The notes beneath the pieces were generated by a model. It made no database searches. It had not been told where the DNA came from and worked only from the letters and a program-made list of their open reading frames with translations. Positions 39,876-49,465 of a stretch of 64,000 bases of DNA are shown here, piece by piece. Source of the DNA: a virus (Duplodnaviria > Caudoviricetes). The position numbers and the translations under genes were made by a program. The DNA lies in the IMG/VR virus record IMGVR_UViG_3300028833_003520. The stretch is one strand, 5' to 3'. Numbering within the stretch: position 1 is the first letter of the stretch; each line of letters opens with the position of its first letter.

Positions 39876-40041
39876 GATTTGCTCGGTATTACATAACACA
39901 AAATAGGCATTGTCGGTGTTTGATAATGCCTATTGTTTTGCTTTCATAAAATAGTGAAAATGCTCATAAATGAGTTGATTTACGGTATTTTGTATGTTAT
40001 AATTGCATTCGTAAAGATGTTGTTTTAGAAAGGAAATTTGT

Positions 40042-40785
40042 ATGAAAAAGACAAATCAGCCAATTTCAGAAGATGCTAAGTCATCTTCTATCTCTAAATC
40101 TCTTGTTGCTTTAATTGTAATTGCCGTAGCCGTTGTAGGTGTTGGTGTTGGTTTATTTATTAAGATTCAGAATGACCAGAATAAAGCCATTGCTCTCAAT
40201 GAAGCAGGTTTTCCTGTAAATGGTGAGACAATTCCTTCTGAATATCTTGATGCTGCTCACGGAATCGTTGAGAGTAGAGTAACAACACCGCCTCTTCGTG
40301 ATTATTCACTTACTATCCCCAGTGATGGTGATATGGAATTCGAGTTCAAAGATTCTTATGCTTACGGAACCATTGATTATATCGGTTCAAGCGATGTTTA
40401 TGAGCACGTAATCGGTACAGGTAATACATATATCCACTATAAGATGGTTATGACGTTAAGTGACGTTTATGCTTTGAATATAGGCACTGCATCATTTGTT
40501 TTTAATGATACATCAAGGAGTGGAGATGTTAAAATCAGAGTAAACGACGGGGATTGGGTCAATCCTTCGGAGTGTGCTGATTTACGAAGTGGTGATGTTG
40601 TTGAAGTTCTGATTTATACGGATAAGATTGATGATGTTTTCACTATTTATTGGGCATCTCCTGATGGTACACAGACAGCAACAATCGTACCTGAGACTGT
40701 TGCAGGACCTTCTAATGAAACAGCAGAGCCTAATGAAACTTCAACTACTGAAACCGCCGAATCGACGGAAGGAGATAAAGGTTAA
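40042..40785 (+). CDS. membrane-anchored extracellular protein
   Basis: N-terminal TM; beta-rich domain; E/T-rich tail. Confidence 0.7.
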   Translation: MKKTNQPISEDAKSSSISKSLVALIVIAVAVVGVGVGLFIKIQNDQNKAIALNEAGFPVNGETIPSEYLDAAHGIVESRVTTPPLRDYSLTIPSDGDMEFEFKDSYAYGTIDYIGSSDVYEHVIGTGNTYIHYKMVMTLSDVYALNIGTASFVFNDTSRSGDVKIRVNDGDWVNPSECADLRSGDVVEVLIYTDKIDDVFTIYWASPDGTQTATIVPETVAGPSNETAEPNETSTTETAESTEGDKG

Positions 40786-41378
40786 TGAAGGAGTCAGTTA
40801 TCAAAACCGTATATATTGCTTTTATCACAGTTTTGTTTGCGATAGCCTGTGTTATAGGCGGAATGTGTATAAGATATAATCGCATACCTGAAGCAATGGT
40901 AATTATCGGTTCATCACTGGTTGTCTTTTTGGTTTCAATGTTTCTACTGTTCACTCAAAAGAGTGCCGACAAGAAACTTGAAGAAGCAAAACTGATGGCT
41001 GAAGCAGGCGATTTTCTTATGAAGTCGAATGGTTGGATTACTCAGTTGACAGATGCAACTACTTTTGAACCTCGTCTTGCTTGTGGTAATGGAAGTATTG
41101 TTTTTCATAAGAACGGTTTCTTTATTTACGTTAATGAACAGTATGGTCAGAAAATCAATTACAGAGATTACTTAAGTTATGACGATATAACGGATGTGTA
41201 TGAGGATAACTTTGTTTACGACGGTGAAGAACAGATATATTTATGTATCAAAGTTGATGGTAAGACAATTCGCTTGACGATTGACTCGCAACTTAAACTG
41301 ATGGCAACTGAGGATATCTTAAACAAGCAGACAAACTATAGGTTTGATGAAGGCGAAGAGAAAGAAGACGACTCTTGA
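40785..41378 (+). CDS. 2-TM membrane protein
   Basis: Two N-terminal hydrophobic helices; translationally coupled (TAATG). Confidence 0.7.
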   Translation: MKESVIKTVYIAFITVLFAIACVIGGMCIRYNRIPEAMVIIGSSLVVFLVSMFLLFTQKSADKKLEEAKLMAEAGDFLMKSNGWITQLTDATTFEPRLACGNGSIVFHKNGFFIYVNEQYGQKINYRDYLSYDDITDVYEDNFVYDGEEQIYLCIKVDGKTIRLTIDSQLKLMATEDILNKQTNYRFDEGEEKEDDS

Positions 41379-41414
41379 GTCGAGCGTACTCTGTCGCTAT
41401 AATAATTGTGGTAT

Positions 41415-41432
41415 CAACTCATTTATGAGTTG
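41415..41432. promoter_or_regulatory. palindromic operator CAACTCATTTATGAGTTG upstream of hup
   Basis: Inverted repeat just after TGTCGCTATAAT (-10). Confidence 0.65.
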
Positions 41433-41459
41433 AAATAAATAAACAAAGGAGAAATCAAA

Positions 41460-41744
41460 ATGAACAAAGGTGAACTTTTTGACGCAGTATTTGAGGCGAC
41501 CGCAAAAGATGGTGGCTCCAAGGCGGCAAATGACAGAAAGGTACAGGCTGTACTTGATGTTATCGCAAAGACAGTAGCAAGTGGTGAGGAAGTTGCTATT
41601 GCAAACTTCGGAACATTCAAGCCTGTAAAGAGAGCCGCAAGAAAATCTCGTAATGTTCTGACAGGCGAGACGATTCAGGTTCCTGAGAAGATTGTTCCTA
41701 AATTCACACCTGGTAAGGCTTTCAAAGAGTCTGTGAACAAGTAA
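41460..41744 (+). CDS. hup: HU family DNA-binding protein
   Basis: MNKGEL...GEEVAIANFGTF...RAARKSRNVLTGETIQVPEKIVPKFTPGKAFKESVN. Confidence 0.92.
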   Translation: MNKGELFDAVFEATAKDGGSKAANDRKVQAVLDVIAKTVASGEEVAIANFGTFKPVKRAARKSRNVLTGETIQVPEKIVPKFTPGKAFKESVNK

Positions 41745-41839
41745 TCTTTCTAATAACAAATCTTTATGAGTGCTCGTTTATGTGTTATATTCGATATATC
41801 CATAAATGAGCATTTCATTAGAAAGATAGGAGCGATATT

Positions 41840-42475
41840 ATGAGTGAATTTGATTTTTCTGTGGATATTTTGGACTTCGATAATGATGGTTTTTACAAGC
41901 CTTCAAAAATTGAAGATTGTAAATTCGATGAAGTTATTCCATTTCGTAAAGCACACGGCGAGAGTTTTCTCCCGATGGATGTTGAACGTATCAATGCGTC
42001 AATCGTTAAAGAGTGCGATAAATTAGTAAAAGTGTATGAAACTAAGGTTTCTTATAACGAAGCAACTCGTGACTGGTTAATTGATGTTAAGGATTATATG
42101 AATGGTCGTGATTTCAATGATGATAGTGTCGAAAATAGTTATAAGAGTGACATCATTGAAAGAGGTTTTACTCCCGAAAATATAGACGAGCATATTGATA
42201 AAGCAAAGCAAGATATAGAAGACGGTAAGCAGACTGTTAAGGATGCTGAAAAGGACTTCTATGAAAGAGTATGGAAGACTGAGGGTGAACTATGTGCAGC
42301 ATCAGGACATAATCTTGATAAAGCGACTTTCGAGTATCTTGGTAGTTCATACGAAGAGTTTAGGGTAAAGAAACTGAAAGACCATCAGGCGAAGATGGAA
42401 TCTCGAATGAAAAGAGCAGATAATCTCACTTCTAATATCGTCAAGGAGACTGAAGATGATAAACAGAAGGAGTGA
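41840..42475 (+). CDS. hypothetical protein, tail ESRMKRADNL...DDKQKE
   Basis: AGGAG RBS; 211 aa. Confidence 0.7.
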   Translation: MSEFDFSVDILDFDNDGFYKPSKIEDCKFDEVIPFRKAHGESFLPMDVERINASIVKECDKLVKVYETKVSYNEATRDWLIDVKDYMNGRDFNDDSVENSYKSDIIERGFTPENIDEHIDKAKQDIEDGKQTVKDAEKDFYERVWKTEGELCAASGHNLDKATFEYLGSSYEEFRVKKLKDHQAKMESRMKRADNLTSNIVKETEDDKQKE

Positions 42476-42480
42476 CGATT

Positions 42481-43158
42481 ATGAGTCAAACAAACAGTTT
42501 TTTATCCCAAAACCGCCCTGCTCGTGGTGAAATTTTTTATGTTGTTCCTCAGGGTGAGGAAGTTAAGTTAGGAGAATTTGTCGGTGGCAGACCTGCTATT
42601 ATCGTTTCAAACGATATGAATAACGAGTTCAACGGTGTTGTTGAAGTAGTTTATATGACGAGGGAAGGTCATCATAAGAATGATTTGCCAACAGATGTAA
42701 AAATTCTCTCTACTGGACAGGCTTCGATAGCACTCTGTAATCAGATTTACACGGTTCATAAGAAGCGTATTGGTAAATATGTAGGACAGTGTACTATTTC
42801 TGAAATGAAAGCCATTGACAAAGCACTATCTGTCGGACTTTGTATGGACACAATTTTCAATCAGAAGAATATTGTCGAGACTCTTGATGAGTGGAAGAAA
42901 CGAGTGCGTCTGGAACCTGATGCAGATGAGATTGAAAACATTCCGTATGTTGAGCCGACTGAAGAAGAATTAGCGAAGGCTAAAGAAGCGAAAGAAAGAG
43001 CGAAAGTCCAGACAGTTCAGGCAAAAGAATCGGTTAAAAATAATGAAGCCGAGAATTCTGAAGCCATTATTAAATTGACGACAGAGCGAGATTTGTATAA
43101 GCAAATGTATCAAGAACTGTTAGCCAAGTGCGTTAAGGCTGGCGTGGATATCAGTTAA
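42481..43158 (+). CDS. PemK/MazF-like endoribonuclease domain with coiled-coil extension
   Basis: RGEIFYV...GGRPAIIVSNDMNN...VVEVVYMT...ALCNQIYTVHKKRIGKYVG...EMKAIDKALSVGL. Confidence 0.85.
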   Translation: MSQTNSFLSQNRPARGEIFYVVPQGEEVKLGEFVGGRPAIIVSNDMNNEFNGVVEVVYMTREGHHKNDLPTDVKILSTGQASIALCNQIYTVHKKRIGKYVGQCTISEMKAIDKALSVGLCMDTIFNQKNIVETLDEWKKRVRLEPDADEIENIPYVEPTEEELAKAKEAKERAKVQTVQAKESVKNNEAENSEAIIKLTTERDLYKQMYQELLAKCVKAGVDIS

Positions 43159-43170
43159 GGAGCGTATGTT

Positions 43171-43362
43171 ATGGCGAAAAAGAAGAAGACAAAGCGTACA
43201 ATAACTCCTGAGCATCTTAAGGCTATGCAAGAAGGCAAGGCAAAGGCAGCAAGACATCGTAAGATTGTTGCAGATGCAGAAGGACTTGAAAAGCGTATGC
43301 GAGACGCAGAGCGAGAATCTGCAAAGCCTGTAAAGATAGGCAGAAAAAGGCATAGGTACTAA
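43171..43362 (+). CDS. small basic protein
   Basis: AAGGAG RBS; K/R-rich. Confidence 0.65.
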   Translation: MAKKKKTKRTITPEHLKAMQEGKAKAARHRKIVADAEGLEKRMRDAERESAKPVKIGRKRHRY

Positions 43363-43438
43363 TAAGCAAATGCTTGATATATCAAAAGTATTTGTCTTAT
43401 AATTACAAAGAAATCTTGAAGAAAGGAGATAATAACGA

Positions 43439-43753
43439 ATGTGTTATCTGAGAGTGGTTTGCGAATACAATGGTGAGAAAATCGGCGTTGAACGAACACT
43501 TACAAACACTTTTACAAATAACAATGGTGACGGTGTTATTGAGGAAGTGAAGTTCGTTCTTGGTAATATTCTTTACGGTATCGAAGTTCAGAATCATTGG
43601 TTTGTAACAGATGAAATCTTCAATATTCTTAAGCAGGATATGGAAGAGACTGGTAAGGCTCCTAAAGAGGATGCTGCTACAACACTTTATGAGGGCTATA
43701 TTTACGGCGTTTACTTTAGTATTAAGCACCTTTATAAGTCTTCTATTCTTTAA
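43439..43753 (+). CDS. hypothetical protein
   Basis: AAAGGAG RBS. Confidence 0.65.
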   Translation: MCYLRVVCEYNGEKIGVERTLTNTFTNNNGDGVIEEVKFVLGNILYGIEVQNHWFVTDEIFNILKQDMEETGKAPKEDAATTLYEGYIYGVYFSIKHLYKSSIL

Positions 43754-43807
43754 CGAATTTACAAGAGTAACGGGTTTGTCGGTGTTTGATGAACCCGTTA
43801 TTTTTGG

Positions 43808-43836
43808 TTGACTTTATCCATATATGGTGCTATAGT
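43808..43836 (+). promoter_or_regulatory. CCATATATGG promoter (copy 4)
   Basis: TTGACT-ttatCCATATATGGtgc-TATAGT. Confidence 0.85.
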
Positions 43837-43877
43837 AATTTCGTAGTACAAGTTTCTGTTTAAGGAGGAAAACTTTT

Positions 43878-44423
43878 ATGGCAGATGATAACAGGCAGGA
43901 AATGATTGATTTACGTCAATCTATTAACCTTCTTAATACCACTATCGAAGGACTTCAGAGTGAAGTTAAGAAGATGAACGAGCGTCTCGATAAGATTTCT
44001 GAGAATACTAAGGACACAGTTACGGCTGTTAAAGAGAATACTCAGTACACTGTTAAGTCGGGTAACTCTATTGTTAGTGCTGTTGATAAGAATACTGAGG
44101 CAACGAAGAATGGTGCTGAAAGAGTAGCAGGCGTTGTTCTCGAAGGTTCTGAGGCTCGTAGGGCGTTCTTTGACCAAATTTTAGCGGCTCAGAGACAGCA
44201 GCAGATGGCGAACGGTGGTCCTGGTATTGCAAAGGAAAGCCTCAATGCTGACCAGTTAAAGCATTTTGCTTCACTTGGTAAGACAGCAGACGACCTTCCT
44301 GCAAACATTAAGTTGGCAGATGGCGTTAACGGTAAGAAAGGTGTGAACCTTAATATCCGTCAGAGACGTACTCCTGATGTTCCCACAAGTGGTGAGGGAC
44401 CTGCTTCTCCGCAGATGGAGTAA
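43878..44423 (+). CDS. coiled-coil protein with RRTPDVP...QME tail
   Basis: AAGGAGG RBS; own terminator at 44443-44473. Confidence 0.75.
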   Translation: MADDNRQEMIDLRQSINLLNTTIEGLQSEVKKMNERLDKISENTKDTVTAVKENTQYTVKSGNSIVSAVDKNTEATKNGAERVAGVVLEGSEARRAFFDQILAAQRQQQMANGGPGIAKESLNADQLKHFASLGKTADDLPANIKLADGVNGKKGVNLNIRQRRTPDVPTSGEGPASPQME

Positions 44424-44479
44424 TCAATCTAAAACACTTATAGTAAGGGCTTATCGTAAGGTAAGCCCTTATTTATGGG

Positions 44480-44508
44480 TTGACTTTCTCCATATATGGC
44501 GTTATACT
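44480..44508 (+). promoter_or_regulatory. CCATATATGG promoter (copy 5)
   Basis: TTGACT-ttctCCATATATGGcgt-TATACT. Confidence 0.85.
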
Positions 44509-44547
44509 GATTTTAAGTTAAAAATCTATGTTTGAAGGAGATAGATT

Positions 44548-46140
44548 ATGAAGTATTCTTGCAATAATACGACTTTCAACGGTGTTCGTGTAAACGATAC
44601 TATTGATGAGTTTAGACGAGATAAATATACGAATGAAGATTATAAAGGGTACTTTGCTCGTCTTGTAGCCGTAGGCGAGAGACCGTATGATGTTCAAAAG
44701 ATTGGTGCTTCCAATGAGCGTTGTGATGCGGCGATTGCTATATTCTCAGAGCACGAGCCTTACAGGGCTATTTATGCTGTACCGCTTCCTGAAAAGTATG
44801 GTGAGTATGAGCGTGAAGATGGCACAAAAACTGCAAAGTTTAATAAGCCGTTATCAGAGTTCTGGGAGAAAGCAAGGAACTATAATATCGAAATCAATGA
44901 GAATAATCCGTTCATTGTTGATGCCAAGTTTAAGATAAAAGTTGGTAATACCAATGTCACTTATAATGGTCCTGTTGCTGTTACATCAAGATGGAACATC
45001 AATGATGATTTCAAGGGTTGTGTTGATGAGAAGACAGGCAAGACAAATTTAGATAATGTTAATGATGTTATGTATAAACATCAGAATAGTCTGATTTGCA
45101 CTTGTCTTGAAGACAATGGTATGTTCAAAAAGGGCAATATCATTGTGGCTGAACCTGGTGGCATCTATGATGTCAGTGTTAATAAGGTTTATACAGGCAA
45201 CAACAAAGGCACAAAGGAATATCTTGACTTTGTGGGTGATGTTGAAGCCAATCGTTATGAGTCTATCTCGAAGATGAGAGCCGATGCAAAACAGGCAAGA
45301 CACGAAGCCTATGAAGCAGAGGTATTGAGACTTAAGAGATATCAACGTGAGGCTGGTCTTGAAGGTCGTACAGCGTTTGAGAACAACGATACACCGTATG
45401 CAAAGATTACTTTGCGTGATATGAGAGACGATATGGTATCGCCTTATTACAAAGGTTATGTCGCTCTTGTAGATAAGCCTGGTTATCGTGACGGAGAATA
45501 TGACGAATATTATCGTCTTAAGAACTTAAAGACTGATTTGGCAGACCATAGATTAACTATGGGTGGTCGTGATTATGTCAACGGTGATTGGATGTCAGTT
45601 TACGAAGATAATCTCTTTGTAGATGAAGTCATCACAAAAGACCATCCTGAATATGCAAAATGTCAGGCTTTGGAAAAGCAGTTTGACGATATGCACGCTA
45701 ACGCACCTTATGAAATTACGGGTGTTATTTACGGTATTGATGCAACTTATGCTGATTATGATAAGGATAAGGTATATCCTCATTATGAACAGATTGAGGA
45801 GAAGACTTGGACTCCTAAAGATGTGCATTCTCTTGAGGATGCAGAGAAGTGGATTCTTAAGAATCACCCTGATTATTATATCGGATTTAGTGCATCGCAA
45901 AAGTGCCCAAGCGGTAATTTCCGTTGTGGAGCCGTACCTGGCTTCTATGGAAGAGAGGTAAGCGAAACTTATGAATCTCGAAGGAAATTTGCACAAGCAG
46001 AGGCAGATAAGTTAGGTGTTACTCTTGGACCTGTAGAACACGACAAAGACGGTAAGTTAATCGCACCTTCTTCAAGAAGAAGACTTCCTGATGTTCCGAA
46101 TGCAGGAGTTGATAATGATAAACAATATGGAGAGGAGTAA
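44548..46140 (+). CDS. multidomain hypothetical protein with RRRLPDVP...QYGEE tail
   Basis: GAAGGAG RBS; 530 aa. Confidence 0.75.
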   Translation: MKYSCNNTTFNGVRVNDTIDEFRRDKYTNEDYKGYFARLVAVGERPYDVQKIGASNERCDAAIAIFSEHEPYRAIYAVPLPEKYGEYEREDGTKTAKFNKPLSEFWEKARNYNIEINENNPFIVDAKFKIKVGNTNVTYNGPVAVTSRWNINDDFKGCVDEKTGKTNLDNVNDVMYKHQNSLICTCLEDNGMFKKGNIIVAEPGGIYDVSVNKVYTGNNKGTKEYLDFVGDVEANRYESISKMRADAKQARHEAYEAEVLRLKRYQREAGLEGRTAFENNDTPYAKITLRDMRDDMVSPYYKGYVALVDKPGYRDGEYDEYYRLKNLKTDLADHRLTMGGRDYVNGDWMSVYEDNLFVDEVITKDHPEYAKCQALEKQFDDMHANAPYEITGVIYGIDATYADYDKDKVYPHYEQIEEKTWTPKDVHSLEDAEKWILKNHPDYYIGFSASQKCPSGNFRCGAVPGFYGREVSETYESRRKFAQAEADKLGVTLGPVEHDKDGKLIAPSSRRRLPDVPNAGVDNDKQYGEE

Positions 46141-46145
46141 ATAAA

Positions 46146-46505
46146 ATGGCTAACGAGAATGTTGCATACACCATATTCAAAGATAGTCACGGACGTGAAA
46201 AGTTTCGTGGTCTTTGGGATAACAACGGTGTTCCAACGCCTGTTGAAGTTAGACTTGATTATGGTAAGCATAAATGGACTGATAAAGAGATTATGTCTCT
46301 TCTGAAAGGCGAGGAAGTCCAATTAGACTCGTTTGAAACGAAGGGTGGTAATCAGATGCCTATTTCGGGCAAACTCGGTCCTCAGTCTTATATGGGTCGC
46401 CCATATATAGGCTTTGTAAGGACAGATGCAGAAGCCACAAAACGAAGACTCCCTGAAGTTGGTGGAGTAGAACCTACACAGCCTCAGGCAGAAATGGAGG
46501 GATAA
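46146..46505 (+). CDS. topoisomerase C-terminal-repeat (Toprim_Crpt/DUF3945-like) small protein with KRRLP tail
   Basis: WTDKEIMSLLKGEEVQLDSFETKGGNQMPISGKL resembles the repeat consensus, recalled by eye. Confidence 0.55.
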   Translation: MANENVAYTIFKDSHGREKFRGLWDNNGVPTPVEVRLDYGKHKWTDKEIMSLLKGEEVQLDSFETKGGNQMPISGKLGPQSYMGRPYIGFVRTDAEATKRRLPEVGGVEPTQPQAEMEG

Positions 46506-46509
46506 GCCT

Positions 46510-47124
46510 ATGTCTTCTGAATCTTTACGTCCAGATAATCCACAAAAGTCAATGCCATTTAGATTGGTTGATTTACAGAGACCAAGAAACGGTATTGATT
46601 TAACTCGCAGAAGTGTTATTTACGAAGGTCAGGAATATTTCGTAAGAATTGGTGCATATTCAAAAGGACAGATGGCGTTGCGTTTTGAAGCGAAGAATGC
46701 GGAAGCATTCAAGCCAGGTGTTGTCCAGAGTTCTGTTAAGCCTATCAGGGTTACTTGGAACTTGGGTAACTATATAGGAAGAGAACGTCCTATGCCGAAG
46801 AATAGCAGTTTTTTGAATACGCCCGAATTTCCTGGCATTGAGGATTTTGTTATGAGTACGGGAGTAGCAAAACCTGTACTTCGTAATGGAGAACAAGTTG
46901 TACGCTGTCATAGAGCCAACAATGAGTGGTATCCTGCTTATGAATTTGACGAGAAGAAGTTGAGAATATTAGACCCCGAAGGGTATGAGCGTTATTCTCA
47001 ATCTTATGATAGGCAGGCAGCCGAGGAAGAGAAGATGAAGACAGCAAGGCTGTCAAGACGACACGGTTCTTGTCCTCAGTTGGAAACATATGACGAGGTT
47101 GTCTTGGACGACGCACAGTTCTAA
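46510..47124 (+). CDS. DUF4313-like protein
   Basis: Y..GQMALRF...VTWNL...SFLN..EFPGIEDFV..TGVAKP...YPAYEFDEKKL...PEGYERY, recalled by eye. Confidence 0.55.
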   Translation: MSSESLRPDNPQKSMPFRLVDLQRPRNGIDLTRRSVIYEGQEYFVRIGAYSKGQMALRFEAKNAEAFKPGVVQSSVKPIRVTWNLGNYIGRERPMPKNSSFLNTPEFPGIEDFVMSTGVAKPVLRNGEQVVRCHRANNEWYPAYEFDEKKLRILDPEGYERYSQSYDRQAAEEEKMKTARLSRRHGSCPQLETYDEVVLDDAQF

Positions 47125-47209
47125 AAGCCTTTATTTTATTAGTTGTCAAATACTCATTTATATGGTAAAATCTCCTTATAAATGAGTATTTTTTATTGGA
47201 GTTAGTGAG

Positions 47210-47353
47210 ATGATTGTAGCACTTATATTAACGATTGTTGGATTGTTTTCTGCATCGTATTTCGTGACAGATTGTTTTTGGAAGCGTGATTTCAAAAAGA
47301 TGGAACGAGAAGCAACACCAGAGTGTAAGTGTAAGGTTACTCCAATAAGATAA
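47210..47353 (+). CDS. small single-TM protein (47 aa, not in ORF track)
   Basis: GGAG RBS; MIVALILTIVGLFSASYFV. Confidence 0.5.
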   Translation: MIVALILTIVGLFSASYFVTDCFWKRDFKKMEREATPECKCKVTPIR

Positions 47354-47364
47354 GGAGTTTAGAG

Positions 47365-48465
47365 ATGAATATAAAGTGCCCACATTGTAATAAGCAGTTC
47401 TCGTTGGATTCGTCTGATGCGTCTGAGATTATATCTCAGGTAAGAACGAGCGAATTTGAGAGCGAAGTTAACAGACGAGTAAATAGCGAAGTTAAGGTCG
47501 CTGTTATGGAGAGTAAGCAAGACTCTATGTCGAAGATTTCTGACCTTCAGATTGCCTTAAAGCAGGCTGAAAGTGAGAAAGAATTGGCAGTTATTAAAGC
47601 CGAAACCGCTTTGCGTGCGGATTATGAAGCCAAGTTAAGGGATAAGCAGACCGAACTCGATTACTATAAGGATTTCAAGACGAAGCAGTCAACCAAAATG
47701 GTTGGCGAGTCTTTGGAGCGTTATTGTTCTGACGAGTTCAACAAAGTGCGTATGATGGCGTTCCCGAACGCTTACTTTGAGAAGGATAACGAAGTGTCAA
47801 AAACTGGTTCAAAGGGCGACTTTGTTTACAGAGAATTTGACGAGGAAGGCGTAGAACTTCTGTCTATTATGTTCGAAATGAAGAACGAAATGGACACAAC
47901 TGAGAAGAAGCACAAGAATGAGGATTTTTTCAAAGAACTTGATAAAGATAGAAAGGAGAAGAATTGCGAATACGCAATTTTGGTATCGCTTCTTGAAGCA
48001 GATAGTCCTTTATATAATCAAGGAATTGTGGACGTATCATATAAATATGATAAGATGTACGTAGTTCGCCCTCAATTCTTTATAGCGATTATCAGTGTTT
48101 TGAGAAACGCTGCTTTGGCATCTTTGGAGACAAAGCGAGAACTTCAGAGAGTTCGTAATCAGAATATTGATATAACGAACTTTGAGGCTGAACTGAATAA
48201 ATTCAAAGACGGGTTTGCCTACAATTATACTCAAGCATCGAAGCGTTTTAACGAGGCAATAGACGAGATAGATAAGACGATTGCTCATCTGCAGAAGGTT
48301 AAAGATGCATTGACAAATTGTGATAGACAGTTAAGGCTTGCAAACGACAAGGCTGACGGCATAACAATTAAGAGGCTTTGTAGGAATAATCCGACGATGA
48401 GTGAAAAGTTCAAGGAGTTACGAGAGAATGGAGAAACAAATACACAGGTGCCCGATTTGCCATAA
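47365..48465 (+). CDS. DUF2130 family protein
   Basis: IKCPHC...; STKMVGESLE..C..EFN..R..AFPNAYFEKDN; GSKGDF; SIMFEMKNE; KMYVVRPQFF. Confidence 0.8.
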   Translation: MNIKCPHCNKQFSLDSSDASEIISQVRTSEFESEVNRRVNSEVKVAVMESKQDSMSKISDLQIALKQAESEKELAVIKAETALRADYEAKLRDKQTELDYYKDFKTKQSTKMVGESLERYCSDEFNKVRMMAFPNAYFEKDNEVSKTGSKGDFVYREFDEEGVELLSIMFEMKNEMDTTEKKHKNEDFFKELDKDRKEKNCEYAILVSLLEADSPLYNQGIVDVSYKYDKMYVVRPQFFIAIISVLRNAALASLETKRELQRVRNQNIDITNFEAELNKFKDGFAYNYTQASKRFNEAIDEIDKTIAHLQKVKDALTNCDRQLRLANDKADGITIKRLCRNNPTMSEKFKELRENGETNTQVPDLP

Positions 48466-48628
48466 CGAGAGAATGGAAGTTGGAGTATGTTATCGAAAAT
48501 ATGATGTGTTTGCGTATAACATATATTGCCCGAAATGCAATTTCACAGGTAGGTCGTATAGGATGCGATATAAAGCGATTGATAAGTGGAATGCATTGTG
48601 TAAACAATTTGAATCTGCGGCTGTATAA
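48428..48628 (+). CDS. Lar-like Zn-ribbon (restriction-alleviation family) protein
   Basis: CPIC...IYCPKC...KAIDKWN. Confidence 0.6.
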   Translation: MEKQIHRCPICHNERMEVGVCYRKYDVFAYNIYCPKCNFTGRSYRMRYKAIDKWNALCKQFESAAV

Positions 48629-48664
48629 CGGCGGTGGAAATATATCCTGAGGGGGATTAGGAAA

Positions 48665-48937
48665 ATGAAAAAGAGGAAGATGAAGGAAAGTACGGTGCAG
48701 TTACTTGGTGCATTATTTTTCTTTCTTTGGGGAACAATGCTGTTAATCGGCGGAATACTTGATGTGCCTATTTGTTCATATTACGGATGGGTCAATTGGC
48801 TTGTTGATAAACTGGGAGTGTCAGTGGTCTGTACGGCGTGTGCATTGTTCTGTTATGTTCTGTCAGGCGTTTGTGTTAAACAAGCGTTTGAAGAACAGAA
48901 GAACGAATTAAAAGAAGCATCGGTATCTGATACTTAA
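48665..48937 (+). CDS. 2-TM membrane protein
   Basis: Two hydrophobic helices. Confidence 0.6.
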   Translation: MKKRKMKESTVQLLGALFFFLWGTMLLIGGILDVPICSYYGWVNWLVDKLGVSVVCTACALFCYVLSGVCVKQAFEEQKNELKEASVSDT

Positions 48938-49013
48938 TTACGACTAACCAAACTTTATACTCATCTCACGAAATTAGAACTGTGTCGGTGTTTGATGCAG
49001 TTCTAATTTTTGA

Positions 49014-49042
49014 TTGACAATCTCCATATATGGCGTTATACT
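49014..49042 (+). promoter_or_regulatory. CCATATATGG promoter (copy 6)
   Basis: TTGACA-atctCCATATATGGcgt-TATACT. Confidence 0.85.
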
Positions 49043-49089
49043 AATTTTAAGTTGTAAAACTATGTTTTGACTTAAAAGGAGAATTTAAT

Positions 49090-49407
49090 ATGGCATTTTC
49101 ACAGTCATCATTGAATAGTCATAAAGATTTGGCAACAAGTGGTATTTCTGAAGAAGAATGGATGAAAGACGATTCTTTGGTTAAAACAAGTGATTTAACT
49201 GAGGAACAGAAGGTTCGTCTTGATAAGATAATGCAACCACCTGTATCAAGATTTAATTCACAGATACGTAAGCGTTTGCAAACTTCTCCAAGACAGGAGA
49301 GGTCAGATTTTATCATTATAAATGAGAAGCCGTCTAATAGAAGGCTGCCTAACTTACCTTCACAATTGACGAGTGATAGAGATTTAGGAGACGATTTTGA
49401 TGGATAA
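49090..49407 (+). CDS. small protein with NRRLPNLP tail
   Basis: AAAGGAG RBS. Confidence 0.7.
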   Translation: MAFSQSSLNSHKDLATSGISEEEWMKDDSLVKTSDLTEEQKVRLDKIMQPPVSRFNSQIRKRLQTSPRQERSDFIIINEKPSNRRLPNLPSQLTSDRDLGDDFDG

Positions 49408-49410
49408 GGC

Positions 49411-49435
49411 TATGGCGTTATACTGATTTTAAGTT
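49411..49435 (+). promoter_or_regulatory. 3' half copy of the CCATATATGG promoter
   Basis: TATGGCGTTATACTGATTTTAAGTT, identical to 44495-44519. Confidence 0.7.
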
Positions 49436-49465
49436 GGGAATCTATGAGCAAGAGAGGAAAAGTCT

